Origin: Candidatus Kapaibacterium sp.
Lineage (GTDB): Bacteria > Bacteroidota > Ignavibacteria > Kapaibacteriales > UBA2268
DNA: 64,000 nucleotides
NCBI GenBank assembly: GCA_023957315.1
Contig: JAMLHE010000006.1
Location: 70,408-134,407 of the forward strand
Reading direction: 5' to 3'
Part shown: piece after piece, positions 47,642 to 56,821 of the stretch
How the letters are laid out: the number at the start of each line of letters is the position of its first letter
Numbering within the stretch: position 1 is the stretch's first letter
Notes under the pieces: generated by a model
Told to the model about the DNA's origin: nothing
What the model saw: the letters and a program-made list of their open reading frames with translations, nothing else
Databases searched by the model: none
Translations under genes and position numbers: made by a program

Positions 47642-48197
47642 ATGCGAGTGGTGCGTCAACTCCGAACTCGAAATGCATTATCACGATACTGAATGGGGAG
47701 TACCACTACATGACGACAGGAAATTATTTGAATTTATGGTGCTGGATGCATTCCAAGCTGGACTTAGCTGGAAAACTATTTTGAACAAACGCGAAAATTT
47801 CCGAGTTGCATTCGATTCATTCGACCCGGTAGTAGTTTCAGCTTATACTCAAGATAAAATCGAATCGCTAATGCAGGATGCCGGAATAATTCGGAATAGG
47901 TCTAAAATACAAACCACAGTTACAAATGCAAAATTATTTCTGGAAGTTCAAGCGAAATATGGCACATTCGATGCTTTTATTTGGCAATTTACGGGTGGAA
48001 AAACGATTCAAAATTCTGTCGAAAATATGTCCGATGTCAGAGCTACAAGTCCGGAATCCGATGCAATGTCCAAAGAACTTAAACGCTTAGGATTCAAATT
48101 CGTCGGTAGTACGATATGTTATGCCTTCATGCAAGCCGCAGGAATGGTCAATGACCACAAGATAACTTGTTTCCGATACAATGAATTGAATCCTTAA
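47628..48197 (+). CDS. tag: DNA-3-methyladenine glycosylase I
   Basis: CEWCVNSELEMHYHDTEWGVPLHDDRKLFEFMVLDAFQAGLSW, a zinc-binding Tag signature. Confidence 0.85.
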   Translation: MDKNRCEWCVNSELEMHYHDTEWGVPLHDDRKLFEFMVLDAFQAGLSWKTILNKRENFRVAFDSFDPVVVSAYTQDKIESLMQDAGIIRNRSKIQTTVTNAKLFLEVQAKYGTFDAFIWQFTGGKTIQNSVENMSDVRATSPESDAMSKELKRLGFKFVGSTICYAFMQAAGMVNDHKITCFRYNELNP

Positions 48198-48278
48198 ACA
48201 TATCATTTATTTGTAATTCATCACTGTTTAACATTCAAATTGTACATTTGCTAAAATTTCTCAATCAAAGGTCTAAAA

Positions 48279-49706
48279 ATGAAATCGAATAGATTTAAGT
48301 TTCTCTGTTTCACGCTTTTTGTGTTTGCGATTTTTCAATTCCAAGCCTCTTCGCAAGGCAATTACAAAACACCTAAAAATGTAATCATAATGATTGCAGA
48401 CGGCTGGTCTGAATCATGTATAGATGCCACAGAATATTTCAATGATGGCGAAAAGGGCACATCTGTGTATCGAGATTTCGATATTCAGCTGTATATGTCA
48501 ACATATCCTGCAAATATTTCGGATAAGGACATTCCCCAAAAATGGAGTGTAGGATATAACTCATATCTTGCATGGTCTGATTTTGAATACGCCAAAAATG
48601 GTGCTACCGGTTCAGGAGCCGCAGGTACTGCTTTAGCAACGGGCGTAAAGACTTATAACGGTGCCATTGGTATGGATTTGTCAAAGAAACCATTGCCCAA
48701 TTTAACAGAGAAGTTCAAATCTATCGGGAGGGCTGCCGGAGTGATTACATCAGTTTATTTTTCCCATGCAACTCCTGCTACTTTTGTTGCACATAATGTT
48801 CATAGGGATAATTACCCGGAAATCGCGCTTTCCATGCTTCTCGATAGCAAGGTAGATGTGATAATGGGCGCCGGGCATCCCTATTACGACAACTCCGGAA
48901 AGAAAGTAAACGAAAGCGATTACAATTATAAGCTCGTTGGTGGGAAAAAAGCTTGGTACGATTTGAAAGCAGGCAAAAAAACATTTTCGACTAAATCACT
49001 TTCAGGAAATAGCACAGTCCAAGATATTGACGGCGACGGAAAAGCTGACAAATGGACTTTAATCGAATCTCGTGAAGAGTTCCAAAAATTGATGACGGGG
49101 GAGACTCCAAAAAGAGTTGTCGGTGTGCCAAAGGTTTTGGAAACATTGCAAAATAATAGGACGGAGGAGAAATCCGCTAAAGCATTCGAAACCCCATTCA
49201 ATAATGAAGTGCCAACACTTGCTGAAATGACAAAAGCTGCGATTAACGTGTTGGATAATAACGAAAAGGGCTTTTTCTTAATGATTGAGGGCGGAGCAGT
49301 TGATTGGGCGAATCACGGAAATAACGCTCCACATATGATTGAAGAGATGACCGATTTCAATATGTCAGTTAAAGCGGTAGTGGATTGGGTCGAAAGTAAC
49401 AGCTCATGGGATGAAACTTTGGTAATCGTTACCGGTGACCATGATTGCGGCTATATCACCGGACCCATAGAAAACAACAACAACCCAAACACAAACCCCG
49501 TCATCAATAATGGCAAAGGCAATATGCCCGGCTTGAGATATAATCATACAAACCACACAAATATTTTGATTCCATTTTATGCCAAAGGAGCCGGAAGCGA
49601 CATGTACAATCGTTTAGCAAACAATTCGGACATGATTCGCGGACGATATATAGATTTGACCGATATTCCCAACGCAATCTTCATGCTATTGGAAGTCGGG
49701 AAGTAG
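48279..49706 (+). CDS. Alkaline phosphatase (PhoA family), secreted
   Basis: Signal peptide. Active-site region IMIADGWSES; metal ligands VTGDHDCG and GGAVDWANHGNN. Confidence 0.8.
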   Translation: MKSNRFKFLCFTLFVFAIFQFQASSQGNYKTPKNVIIMIADGWSESCIDATEYFNDGEKGTSVYRDFDIQLYMSTYPANISDKDIPQKWSVGYNSYLAWSDFEYAKNGATGSGAAGTALATGVKTYNGAIGMDLSKKPLPNLTEKFKSIGRAAGVITSVYFSHATPATFVAHNVHRDNYPEIALSMLLDSKVDVIMGAGHPYYDNSGKKVNESDYNYKLVGGKKAWYDLKAGKKTFSTKSLSGNSTVQDIDGDGKADKWTLIESREEFQKLMTGETPKRVVGVPKVLETLQNNRTEEKSAKAFETPFNNEVPTLAEMTKAAINVLDNNEKGFFLMIEGGAVDWANHGNNAPHMIEEMTDFNMSVKAVVDWVESNSSWDETLVIVTGDHDCGYITGPIENNNNPNTNPVINNGKGNMPGLRYNHTNHTNILIPFYAKGAGSDMYNRLANNSDMIRGRYIDLTDIPNAIFMLLEVGK

Positions 49707-49715
49707 GAAGACAAC

Positions 49716-49750
49716 CTCACCCCGACCCTCTCCGAAGGAGAGGGAGTAAG
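49716..49750 (+). other. GC-rich hairpin after the alkaline-phosphatase gene (possible terminator remnant at the IS insertion site)
   Basis: A perfect stem ccctctcc-gaa-ggagaggg without a following T-run. It abuts the IS left end. Confidence 0.3.
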
Positions 49751-49760
49751 ACAAACATAG

Positions 49761-49783
49761 GAGGCTGTCTCACAAGGGCAGCC
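49761..49783. repeat. IS left terminal inverted repeat
   Basis: gaggctgtctcacaagggcagcc. Confidence 0.8.
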
Positions 49784-49873
49784 ATTTTTTATATTTTTGT
49801 GGAAAAAAAAGAGAAAATACTAGGTACAAATCGGCGTCATAACGGTTGTAATCAACAATAAGTTAGCGATGCA

Positions 49874-51394
49874 ATGAGACCAAAGTTTAAATACTATAAT
49901 CAATCACAAGCGTTTCTACTACCTCCATCTCTTGATGAAATGATTAAAGAAACTCATCCTGTTAGGACAATAAATAAAATTATTGATGAAATTGATATAA
50001 GCGATATCGAAAACAATTACATCGGTGGCGGAGCTACCAGCTACAGCCCGAGAATGCTTCTGAAAATACTCGTATATGCTTATATGAATAATGTCTATTC
50101 AAGCCGAAGAATAGAAAATTTAGTGCAAGAAAATATTCATTATATGTGGCTAAGCGGTATGCAAAAGCCGGATCACAATACAATCAATCGCTTCCGCAGT
50201 AAACGCTTGGCAAGCGGCTTGAAAGAAGTATTCTCTAAAGTAGTAATGCTATTTCATGAAGCCGGAATTTTGGATATTAAAGATATATATACAGACGGCA
50301 CGAAAATAGAAGCAAATGCCAATAAATACAGTTTTGTTTGGGGTAAAAATATCCGAACCCGTAAAGAAAAAATATTACAACAAGTCAATGAATTGTGGAA
50401 ATACGCACTTCAGGTAAGCGCAGAAGAAATGCGAGACGTCCGACCACAGAGCTATGAAGAGATAAATCCCGAGAGTATAACTGAAACAATAGAAGAAATA
50501 AATAAAGTATTGGTAAAAAAAAAGATTGATAAAAATGTACGCGCTAAACTGACAAGAGTGAAGAAAACTTGGTCTGAACAATTAAGGAAATATGAAGCAT
50601 ACGAAAAGCAAATGAACGGTCGCAACAGTTGTTCAAAAACCGACCCTGATGCAGTATTTATGCGAATGAAAGAAGACCGCATGCAAAACGGACAACTAAA
50701 AGCTGCTTACAACTGGCAAATAAGTACAAACAATCAAATAGTGGTCAATTACAGCATTCATCAAACACCCGGAGACACTTCAACATTTGTTGAACATATA
50801 GAATCATATAAACGCCAATATCGTGAATATCCTAATTCAATCACAGCTGATGCAGGTTATGGGAGTCATGAGAATTACAAATATGCAGAAGACAATAATA
50901 TCGAAGCCTATATCAAATACAATTATTTTCATAAAGAGCAGAAAAGCAAGTGGCAGAAAGACATCAGCAAGTCCGACAATCTATATTACAACGAAGAACA
51001 GGACTGTTACTATTGCCCAATGGGTCAAGCGATGGAAAATATCGGAGAGAAAGAAAAAATAACTTTGAACGGATACAAACAAATAGTTAGCCGATATAGA
51101 GCCAAAAACTGCGTCGGTTGCTCGCTGCGAGCGGCTTGTCACGAAGGAGCTGACAATCGAACGATAGAAATAAACAAAGAAGCAAAACGACTAAGAGAGC
51201 AAGCAAAATCCCGACTGATGAGTCATGAAGGTGTGAAAAAACGAAAACGACGACCAATTGAACCGGAAGCGGTTTTTGGCAATATCAAACACAACAAACA
51301 ATTTAGAAGATTTTTACTGAGAGGCAAAGAAAAAGTAGAAATCGAAGTTGGACTATTGGCTCTAGCCCACAATCTGAGCAAATTTGTAGCTTAA
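49874..51394 (+). CDS. IS1182-family DDE transposase
   Basis: N-terminal InsH/DUF772-like segment (LLKILVYAYMNNVYSSRRIE ... IHYMWLSGMQKPDHNTINRFR) and a C-terminal DDE region with a Cys-rich segment (CYYCPMGQAM ... CVGCSLRAAC); 506 aa. Confidence 0.85.
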   Translation: MRPKFKYYNQSQAFLLPPSLDEMIKETHPVRTINKIIDEIDISDIENNYIGGGATSYSPRMLLKILVYAYMNNVYSSRRIENLVQENIHYMWLSGMQKPDHNTINRFRSKRLASGLKEVFSKVVMLFHEAGILDIKDIYTDGTKIEANANKYSFVWGKNIRTRKEKILQQVNELWKYALQVSAEEMRDVRPQSYEEINPESITETIEEINKVLVKKKIDKNVRAKLTRVKKTWSEQLRKYEAYEKQMNGRNSCSKTDPDAVFMRMKEDRMQNGQLKAAYNWQISTNNQIVVNYSIHQTPGDTSTFVEHIESYKRQYREYPNSITADAGYGSHENYKYAEDNNIEAYIKYNYFHKEQKSKWQKDISKSDNLYYNEEQDCYYCPMGQAMENIGEKEKITLNGYKQIVSRYRAKNCVGCSLRAACHEGADNRTIEINKEAKRLREQAKSRLMSHEGVKKRKRRPIEPEAVFGNIKHNKQFRRFLLRGKEKVEIEVGLLALAHNLSKFVA

Positions 51395-51551
51395 AATAGC
51401 AAAATATCTCACTTTCCCATCCAAAATTGCCTCAAATTAGCATCAAAACATACCAAAAAATGGAATAATACTCATTTCTAGTCAATTATTAAATTTAGAA
51501 TACTTATTATAACAATTAGTCCCATTTTATCACCTTATTGAAAGCCAAAGA

Positions 51552-51574
51552 GGCTGCCCTTGTGAGACAGCCTC
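51552..51574. repeat. IS right terminal inverted repeat
   Basis: ggctgcccttgtgagacagcctc = reverse complement of the left IR. Confidence 0.8.
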
Positions 51575-51583
51575 AGAAAGAAA

Positions 51584-51627
51584 AAACATAGCCCACGGAT
51601 AAATGCGTGAGCTATGTTTGTTTTTTG
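51584..51627. terminator. Bidirectional rho-independent terminator at the 3' end of the rnf operon
   Basis: aaaaaacatagc-ccacggataaatgcgtg-agctatgtttgtttttt; a hairpin with A-run and T-run flanks. Confidence 0.65.
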
Positions 51628-51657
51628 TCAGTTGTAACAAAGACAGAACATTATTCC

Positions 51658-52071
51658 CTACTCTCTCTCCACAATCTGTGGTATTTGTGATTGCTGTTTA
51701 GAGAGAAGTCCGGTGAAATATACAATCAAATAATGAACGCCGAGCACAGCTAATGATAAGCCGAATGAATAGAGCTCCGATAAACCGAGCGCATATATCC
51801 CAACATAAATCGCAACTGTCAGCAATATCATTGGCACTACATATAGCACCATCGTTGCTGCAACAAGCGTTTTGCCGCGAATTGAAATCGTAACGCTATC
51901 ACCGACTTTTGTATCGGCTTTGGTTCTGGCAGTGAGTATGTTGTCGCCTTTTTCGTTGATGCCGCAGAAAATACTGTTGCAATCGCCGCACTTTTCTTTG
52001 GTATGCAGCCTTACTTGAGCAACATCGTTTTCAATGGAAATAACCGTACCGGTTTCGAGTAACTCTTCCAT
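51658..52071 (-). CDS. rseC: RseC/MucC-family protein (SoxR-reducing system component), last gene of the rnf operon
   Basis: 137 aa with an N-terminal Cys cluster (CGDCNSIFCG) and two C-terminal TM helices. The rnf-linked position is typical. Confidence 0.6.
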   Translation of the reverse strand: MEELLETGTVISIENDVAQVRLHTKEKCGDCNSIFCGINEKGDNILTARTKADTKVGDSVTISIRGKTLVAATMVLYVVPMILLTVAIYVGIYALGLSELYSFGLSLAVLGVHYLIVYFTGLLSKQQSQIPQIVERE

Positions 52072-52072
52072 T

Positions 52073-52909
52073 CTAATTTTTCTTCATTTTGATTCCAAGG
52101 TCTAACTCAAGGTCAATCTTTTGGATTGCACCGGTTTTACACTTTTCAAATGGAATTTTAGTGTCGTCGAGCAATGAATAATTAATCACCCCAACGTTGT
52201 TCACGATTTCGATTCCGCCGTCAGATTTGCGAGCACAAATTCCACATGCTATACAAGCGACGTTGCAAACTTCTTTGGCTGTGCGCGGGTCATCTTGGTT
52301 TTTGCAAAATACGAAAACTGTTTGGTCAATTGGGTGCATTTCAATTATGTCTCTTGGGCACGATTTGACGCAAATCCCGCAACTTGTACACAAATCCGGC
52401 ACGACTTCGGGGATGCCGTTGTCGTTCATTACGAGCGCATCGAATGGGCAAGCATCAACACAATCTCCGGCTCCGAGGCAACCGTAAAGGCATTGCTTTT
52501 CGCCGCCTGAAACTATTTCCATAGCCGAGCAACTCAATGGACCGTAGTAATCCACCATTTTGTTGACAGCTTCGCTATTTCCACCTTTGCAAAGGATTCT
52601 CGGGATTGTTTTTACTTCCGAATCTGCAGCTTCGACACCCATTATCATTGCAATTTCTTTGGCAGTGTCTGAGCCTCCAACAGGACAACCCGTAACGGAA
52701 GCGGTGCCTTCTGCAACATTTACTGCGAAATCATAACACCCTGCTTTGCCGCAAGCTCCGCAATTCACTCCCGGCAACACTTCATTTATTTTAACTACAA
52801 AGGGATTGTCTTCAACTCTTAATTTTTTGTCGGCAATAGCCAAGCCAGCCGCAAAGAATAATCCCAAACCACCCATAGTTGCAATTGCTAATATTAAAGT
52901 CGGTTCCAT
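52073..52909 (-). CDS. rnfB: Rnf complex subunit B (ferredoxin-like Fe-S protein)
   Basis: N-terminal TM helix, a CGACGKAGC cluster, and two 4Fe-4S ferredoxin motifs (CTSCGICVKSCP, CIACGICARKS). Confidence 0.85.
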   Translation of the reverse strand: MEPTLILAIATMGGLGLFFAAGLAIADKKLRVEDNPFVVKINEVLPGVNCGACGKAGCYDFAVNVAEGTASVTGCPVGGSDTAKEIAMIMGVEAADSEVKTIPRILCKGGNSEAVNKMVDYYGPLSCSAMEIVSGGEKQCLYGCLGAGDCVDACPFDALVMNDNGIPEVVPDLCTSCGICVKSCPRDIIEMHPIDQTVFVFCKNQDDPRTAKEVCNVACIACGICARKSDGGIEIVNNVGVINYSLLDDTKIPFEKCKTGAIQKIDLELDLGIKMKKN

Positions 52910-53890
52910 TTAATTACTCCTAAAATATTTATCAAATCCTGATGACATGAATGTAGTACCGGCAGAATCAATTATCATTCCCTCGATTTCGGGGATTGAT
53001 TCAATTATTTCCATGCCTTTTTTCGCACCCATGACAAAAACTCCGGTAGCTAACGCGTCAGCGTCAGTCATATCACTGGCGATAATTGTGACGCTCATAC
53101 ATTCGTCAGCGGGATAGCCGCTTACCGGATTGATTATATGATTATATCGTTTATTATCTTTTTTGAAAAAACGTTCGTAATCGCCCGAAGTTGCTGAACC
53201 GATTTGGTTCAGATTTAGCACTCCAAGCAATTCATTTTGGATTCTCGGATGTTGAATCCCTACAGTCCAGTTATCTCCCTTGGCGATGACTTCACCGCCA
53301 AAGTTAATCAAAAAGTTGCTTACACCATGTGTTTCCATCATATGGTATAGCCTGTAAACTGCGTATCCTTTGGCAATACCGCCAAAATTCAACTTGATAT
53401 GCGATTTCTTTTTGATTACATTACTATCCAATAGCTCGACATGCTTCCAACCAACTTCCTTCAAAACACTGTCAATTTGATGTTGAGAGGGTAGGTGAGG
53501 GCTGCCATTTTCAAAACCCAGCAATTCTATTAAATTACCAACGGCAGGGTCGAAACCGCCGAGAGTTAATTTGTGGATTTTGTCGCAACGCTCCAGCAAG
53601 ATGTATGTTTCATCATCAACTTTAATAATTTCATCATTGACTGAATTAAGCCAAGCCATGTAATTATCATCAATATATGTAGAAAATTTCTGATTAATCC
53701 TTTCGGCTTCTTCAATCGCTAAATTGGTAATTACAGTTGCCGAATCTTCGTCGAAATCGAGAACTTTGATTTCTAACGAAGTACCCATACTGATTGTTGA
53801 CCTGACAAATGGGTCTTTTGCAACATCATTTGATTTATCGCATGAAGTCGAAAATAGTACTATCAATAATATGAACACAATTTTCTTCAT
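52910..53890 (-). CDS. apbE: FAD:protein FMN transferase ApbE (lipoprotein)
   Basis: Lipobox LFSTSC; ApbE motifs GGIAKGYAV and GSATSGDYERFF. Confidence 0.85.
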   Translation of the reverse strand: MKKIVFILLIVLFSTSCDKSNDVAKDPFVRSTISMGTSLEIKVLDFDEDSATVITNLAIEEAERINQKFSTYIDDNYMAWLNSVNDEIIKVDDETYILLERCDKIHKLTLGGFDPAVGNLIELLGFENGSPHLPSQHQIDSVLKEVGWKHVELLDSNVIKKKSHIKLNFGGIAKGYAVYRLYHMMETHGVSNFLINFGGEVIAKGDNWTVGIQHPRIQNELLGVLNLNQIGSATSGDYERFFKKDNKRYNHIINPVSGYPADECMSVTIIASDMTDADALATGVFVMGAKKGMEIIESIPEIEGMIIDSAGTTFMSSGFDKYFRSN

Positions 53891-53892
53891 AA

Positions 53893-54471
53893 TTATACTG
53901 AAATCATTCCTGCAAATCCCATAAACGCAAGTGCTAAGATACCGGCAATCACCATAGTAATCGGTGCACCGCGAAATGCTTTCGGCACATCTGCCAACTC
54001 GATTTCCTCACGGATGCCTGCCATAATAGCAATTGCCATCGTAAAGCCAACACCTGCTCCAATTCCGTAGAATATACCTTCGATAAAACTATATTCTTTC
54101 AATACTATGAACAATGCCAAACCCAATATAGCACAATTTGTTGTTATAAGTGGCAGAAAGATGCCCAATGCACGGTATAGCGGTTGGCTTACCTTTTTGA
54201 CAAACATTTCCACAAATTGCACAAGCGAAGCAATTACCAGGATAAATGACACATATTGCAGAAATTCCAGATTATATGGAATTAAAATCAAATTGTAAAT
54301 TAACCAAGTTACAATTGCTGTTATTACCATGACGAATGTAGTTGCCATTCCCATCGAAAAGGCTGACGATAATTTGCTTGATACACCAACAAATGGACAA
54401 ATACCAAGAAAATATGCTAAAACAAAGTTGTTAACTATTGCTGATGATAAGAATATTAAGATTATTTCCAT
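53893..54471 (-). CDS. rnfA: Rnf complex subunit A
   Basis: VNNFVLAYFLGICPFVGVS at the N-terminus; 192 aa with 6 TM helices. Confidence 0.85.
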   Translation of the reverse strand: MEIILIFLSSAIVNNFVLAYFLGICPFVGVSSKLSSAFSMGMATTFVMVITAIVTWLIYNLILIPYNLEFLQYVSFILVIASLVQFVEMFVKKVSQPLYRALGIFLPLITTNCAILGLALFIVLKEYSFIEGIFYGIGAGVGFTMAIAIMAGIREEIELADVPKAFRGAPITMVIAGILALAFMGFAGMISV

Positions 54472-54483
54472 TTTTGTATCCTG

Positions 54484-55254
54484 TTATTGTTGGTTATCAT
54501 TATCTTTAGGCTTGTCGTCGCTTTTCTCTTTAGCTTTCATTTTCGCTTCGAGAGCTGCCTTTTCTTGAGACAAGACTTCGGCTCTATGTGTTGCCAATCT
54601 TTGAGATTTGCTTGATAAGTAAGTATCAATAATTTCTTTGTGAGTTTTTTCCTTTCTATTCATTGCATAGACATTGGAAAAACCTAACATTAATCCTAAT
54701 GTAATAAATGCTCCGGCTGGTAATATCATGACTAACCAAGGTTCGAACATGTCGGGTAAAACTTGAAAGCCGAGTAAAGTACGAGCGCTCAAAATTTCCC
54801 TTATTCCACCCAACACAAAAAGTACTATTAAAAAGCCTGTTCCCATTCCGAGCGAATCCATCAAGGATTTCACGGGAGTATTTTTAGATGAAAATGCTTC
54901 TTGGCGACCCAAAATCAAGCAATTCACAACGATTAAGGGTATATATGGACCCAAAGATTTACTTAATTCGGGGAATTGTGCCTTCATTACTAAGTCAACA
55001 ATTGTAACAAATGTTGCGATTATAAGAATAAAAGAGGCAATTCTAACTTGATTTGGGATGAGTTTTCTTACTGATGAAATTATCAAACTTGAGAAAACTA
55101 ATACAAAGGTTGTTGCCAAAGCCATTGCGATTCCGTTGATTGCCGATACGGTCACAGCAAGAACCGGACATAGACCCAATGCTTGTTTTAGAACCGGGTT
55201 TTGGTCCCAAACACCTTTCATGTATTCTTTTGATAATGTTAGTTCTTTTGTCAT
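54484..55254 (-). CDS. rnfE: Rnf complex subunit E, with a ~55-aa K/E-rich C-terminal extension
   Basis: GVWDQNPVLKQALGLCPVLAVT at the N-terminus. The tail reads ...AEVLSQEKAALEAKMKAKEKSDDKPKDNDNQQ. Confidence 0.85.
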   Translation of the reverse strand: MTKELTLSKEYMKGVWDQNPVLKQALGLCPVLAVTVSAINGIAMALATTFVLVFSSLIISSVRKLIPNQVRIASFILIIATFVTIVDLVMKAQFPELSKSLGPYIPLIVVNCLILGRQEAFSSKNTPVKSLMDSLGMGTGFLIVLFVLGGIREILSARTLLGFQVLPDMFEPWLVMILPAGAFITLGLMLGFSNVYAMNRKEKTHKEIIDTYLSSKSQRLATHRAEVLSQEKAALEAKMKAKEKSDDKPKDNDNQQ

Positions 55255-55817
55255 GATTTTGCTCCGGTTTTATTGTAGTTACGCAATGCTTCAAGTCCTT
55301 CATTCATGATTTTGACAACTGCAACCGATGAAATTGTAGCACCTGTAATCGATTGGATTTGGTTATCCTTGCTTGGTGGTACGCCTTTGACTGATTCGAT
55401 GGCTGGATTACAGTTCAAATCTATAAATTGCTTAGTGAATGATTCTTCAGTAATTATAGTTCCGAGTCCGGGAGTTTCGACTTGCTCCAAAACTTCGATA
55501 GCTAAAATTTTTGAAATTTCAAGGTCAATCCCCATCATAATTCTTATTTTGCCTTGGAAACCATTTCCCTCGTAAGGAAGTGCGTAACCAATCATATTGC
55601 CCTGCTCATCAGCAACGGTATATAATTCAAAAGGTGCATCTTCAATTTTTTCATAAGATTTAGCATCTTTTTGGACAAAGAAAATCGCTTTTTCAGTGGC
55701 ACGTTTTCTGTGTTCGGCTATTTTCGGTTGAGCCCAGTTGCTGATTTCCGATAATGAAGCACCGGAAATAATTCCAACTATAGCAAGAGTGAGCAACATT
55801 TTTACTACTGTGTTCAT
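55251..55817 (-). CDS. rnfG: Rnf complex subunit G (FMN-binding)
   Basis: N-terminal TM anchor and an FMN-attachment motif SITGATISS. Confidence 0.85.
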   Translation of the reverse strand: MNTVVKMLLTLAIVGIISGASLSEISNWAQPKIAEHRKRATEKAIFFVQKDAKSYEKIEDAPFELYTVADEQGNMIGYALPYEGNGFQGKIRIMMGIDLEISKILAIEVLEQVETPGLGTIITEESFTKQFIDLNCNPAIESVKGVPPSKDNQIQSITGATISSVAVVKIMNEGLEALRNYNKTGAKS

Positions 55818-56779
55818 TTTTTTGCTCCGAAAATTGTTGGTTGAGTGTATCTATTTATCAATGGCACCCATGCGTTCATGAACAAGATTGCATACATAAC
55901 GCCTTCCGGAATGCCGCCAAAAACTCTAATTATTACAATTATAAGTGAAATGCCTAATCCGAATATCCACATGCCTTTTGCTGTAATCGGCGAGGAAACC
56001 CAATCGGATGCCATGAAGAAAGCCCCGAACAAGAAGCCGCCACCCACGAGGTGATAGAGCGGATTCATATACGCTTCAGGATTAATCATCCATATAAGAG
56101 TCCCGAAAACCAATATCCCGATAATCATCGAAACGGGGATTCTCCAATTGACAATTCCTAAGGCAATCAAAAAGATTCCCCCGATAAGAATTGCAAGAGC
56201 GGAGGTTTCGCCCAACGAACCACCTGTATTTCCTAAAAACATTGAGCTCAAATCTGCGGCAATGCCATCAAATTTGAATCCGCCTAATGGAGTTGCAGAG
56301 GTGACCGCATCAACGTTGAAGCTTGTCTTAGTCCAAGTTGTCATTGGTACCGGAAATGCAGCTTGCAAAAAGGCACGTCCGACAAGTGCAGGATTGAAAA
56401 TATTATATCCAATACCGCCAAAGATTTCTTTCCCGATTGAGATTGATACAAAGGCACCCAATCCGGTGAATACCAAACTGAAGTTCGGAGGTAGGATTAG
56501 TGCCAACAAAAGTCCTGTGAGAAAGGCACTTCCGTCACTTAGGGTATTTGCTTGCTTACGAATTCGTTTGATTGCATATTCTGTACCCATGGATACACCA
56601 ATACTGACCAAGAAAATCAGCAACTGATATATTCCGAAATAAATTACTGCCGATAAAACGCTAGGCAGCAATGCTAAAATAACCATTTGCATAGCCCGCT
56701 CAGTTGATAACTTTGTATGAACATGAGGGGAGCTTGCAAGTTCAAGTTTTGTGTTAATTATTTGTTTCAAATCAGCCAT
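55814..56779 (-). CDS. rnfD: Rnf complex subunit D
   Basis: NqrB/RnfD fold of 321 aa with a flavinylation motif TSATPLGG. Confidence 0.85.
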   Translation of the reverse strand: MADLKQIINTKLELASSPHVHTKLSTERAMQMVILALLPSVLSAVIYFGIYQLLIFLVSIGVSMGTEYAIKRIRKQANTLSDGSAFLTGLLLALILPPNFSLVFTGLGAFVSISIGKEIFGGIGYNIFNPALVGRAFLQAAFPVPMTTWTKTSFNVDAVTSATPLGGFKFDGIAADLSSMFLGNTGGSLGETSALAILIGGIFLIALGIVNWRIPVSMIIGILVFGTLIWMINPEAYMNPLYHLVGGGFLFGAFFMASDWVSSPITAKGMWIFGLGISLIIVIIRVFGGIPEGVMYAILFMNAWVPLINRYTQPTIFGAKK

Positions 56780-56821
56780 ATTGTTTACTTATTGTTGTTA
56801 TCAAATTGTTTCTCAAAAATT

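Larger units (their letters stand above)
49761..51574 (+). mobile_element. Insertion sequence, IS1182 family (single transposase ORF, ~1.8 kb)
   Basis: A 23-bp perfect terminal inverted repeat, gaggctgtctcacaagggcagcc, sits at 49761-49783 and as its reverse complement at 51552-51574. These flank a DUF772 + DDE transposase ORF. Confidence 0.75.

Noticed and set aside
49753-51591. 8-bp direct repeat aaacatag as a definitive target-site duplication of the IS
   Set aside because: The left copy abuts the IR but the right copy is displaced by 9 nt and lies in a terminator stem. It is kept as a candidate only.
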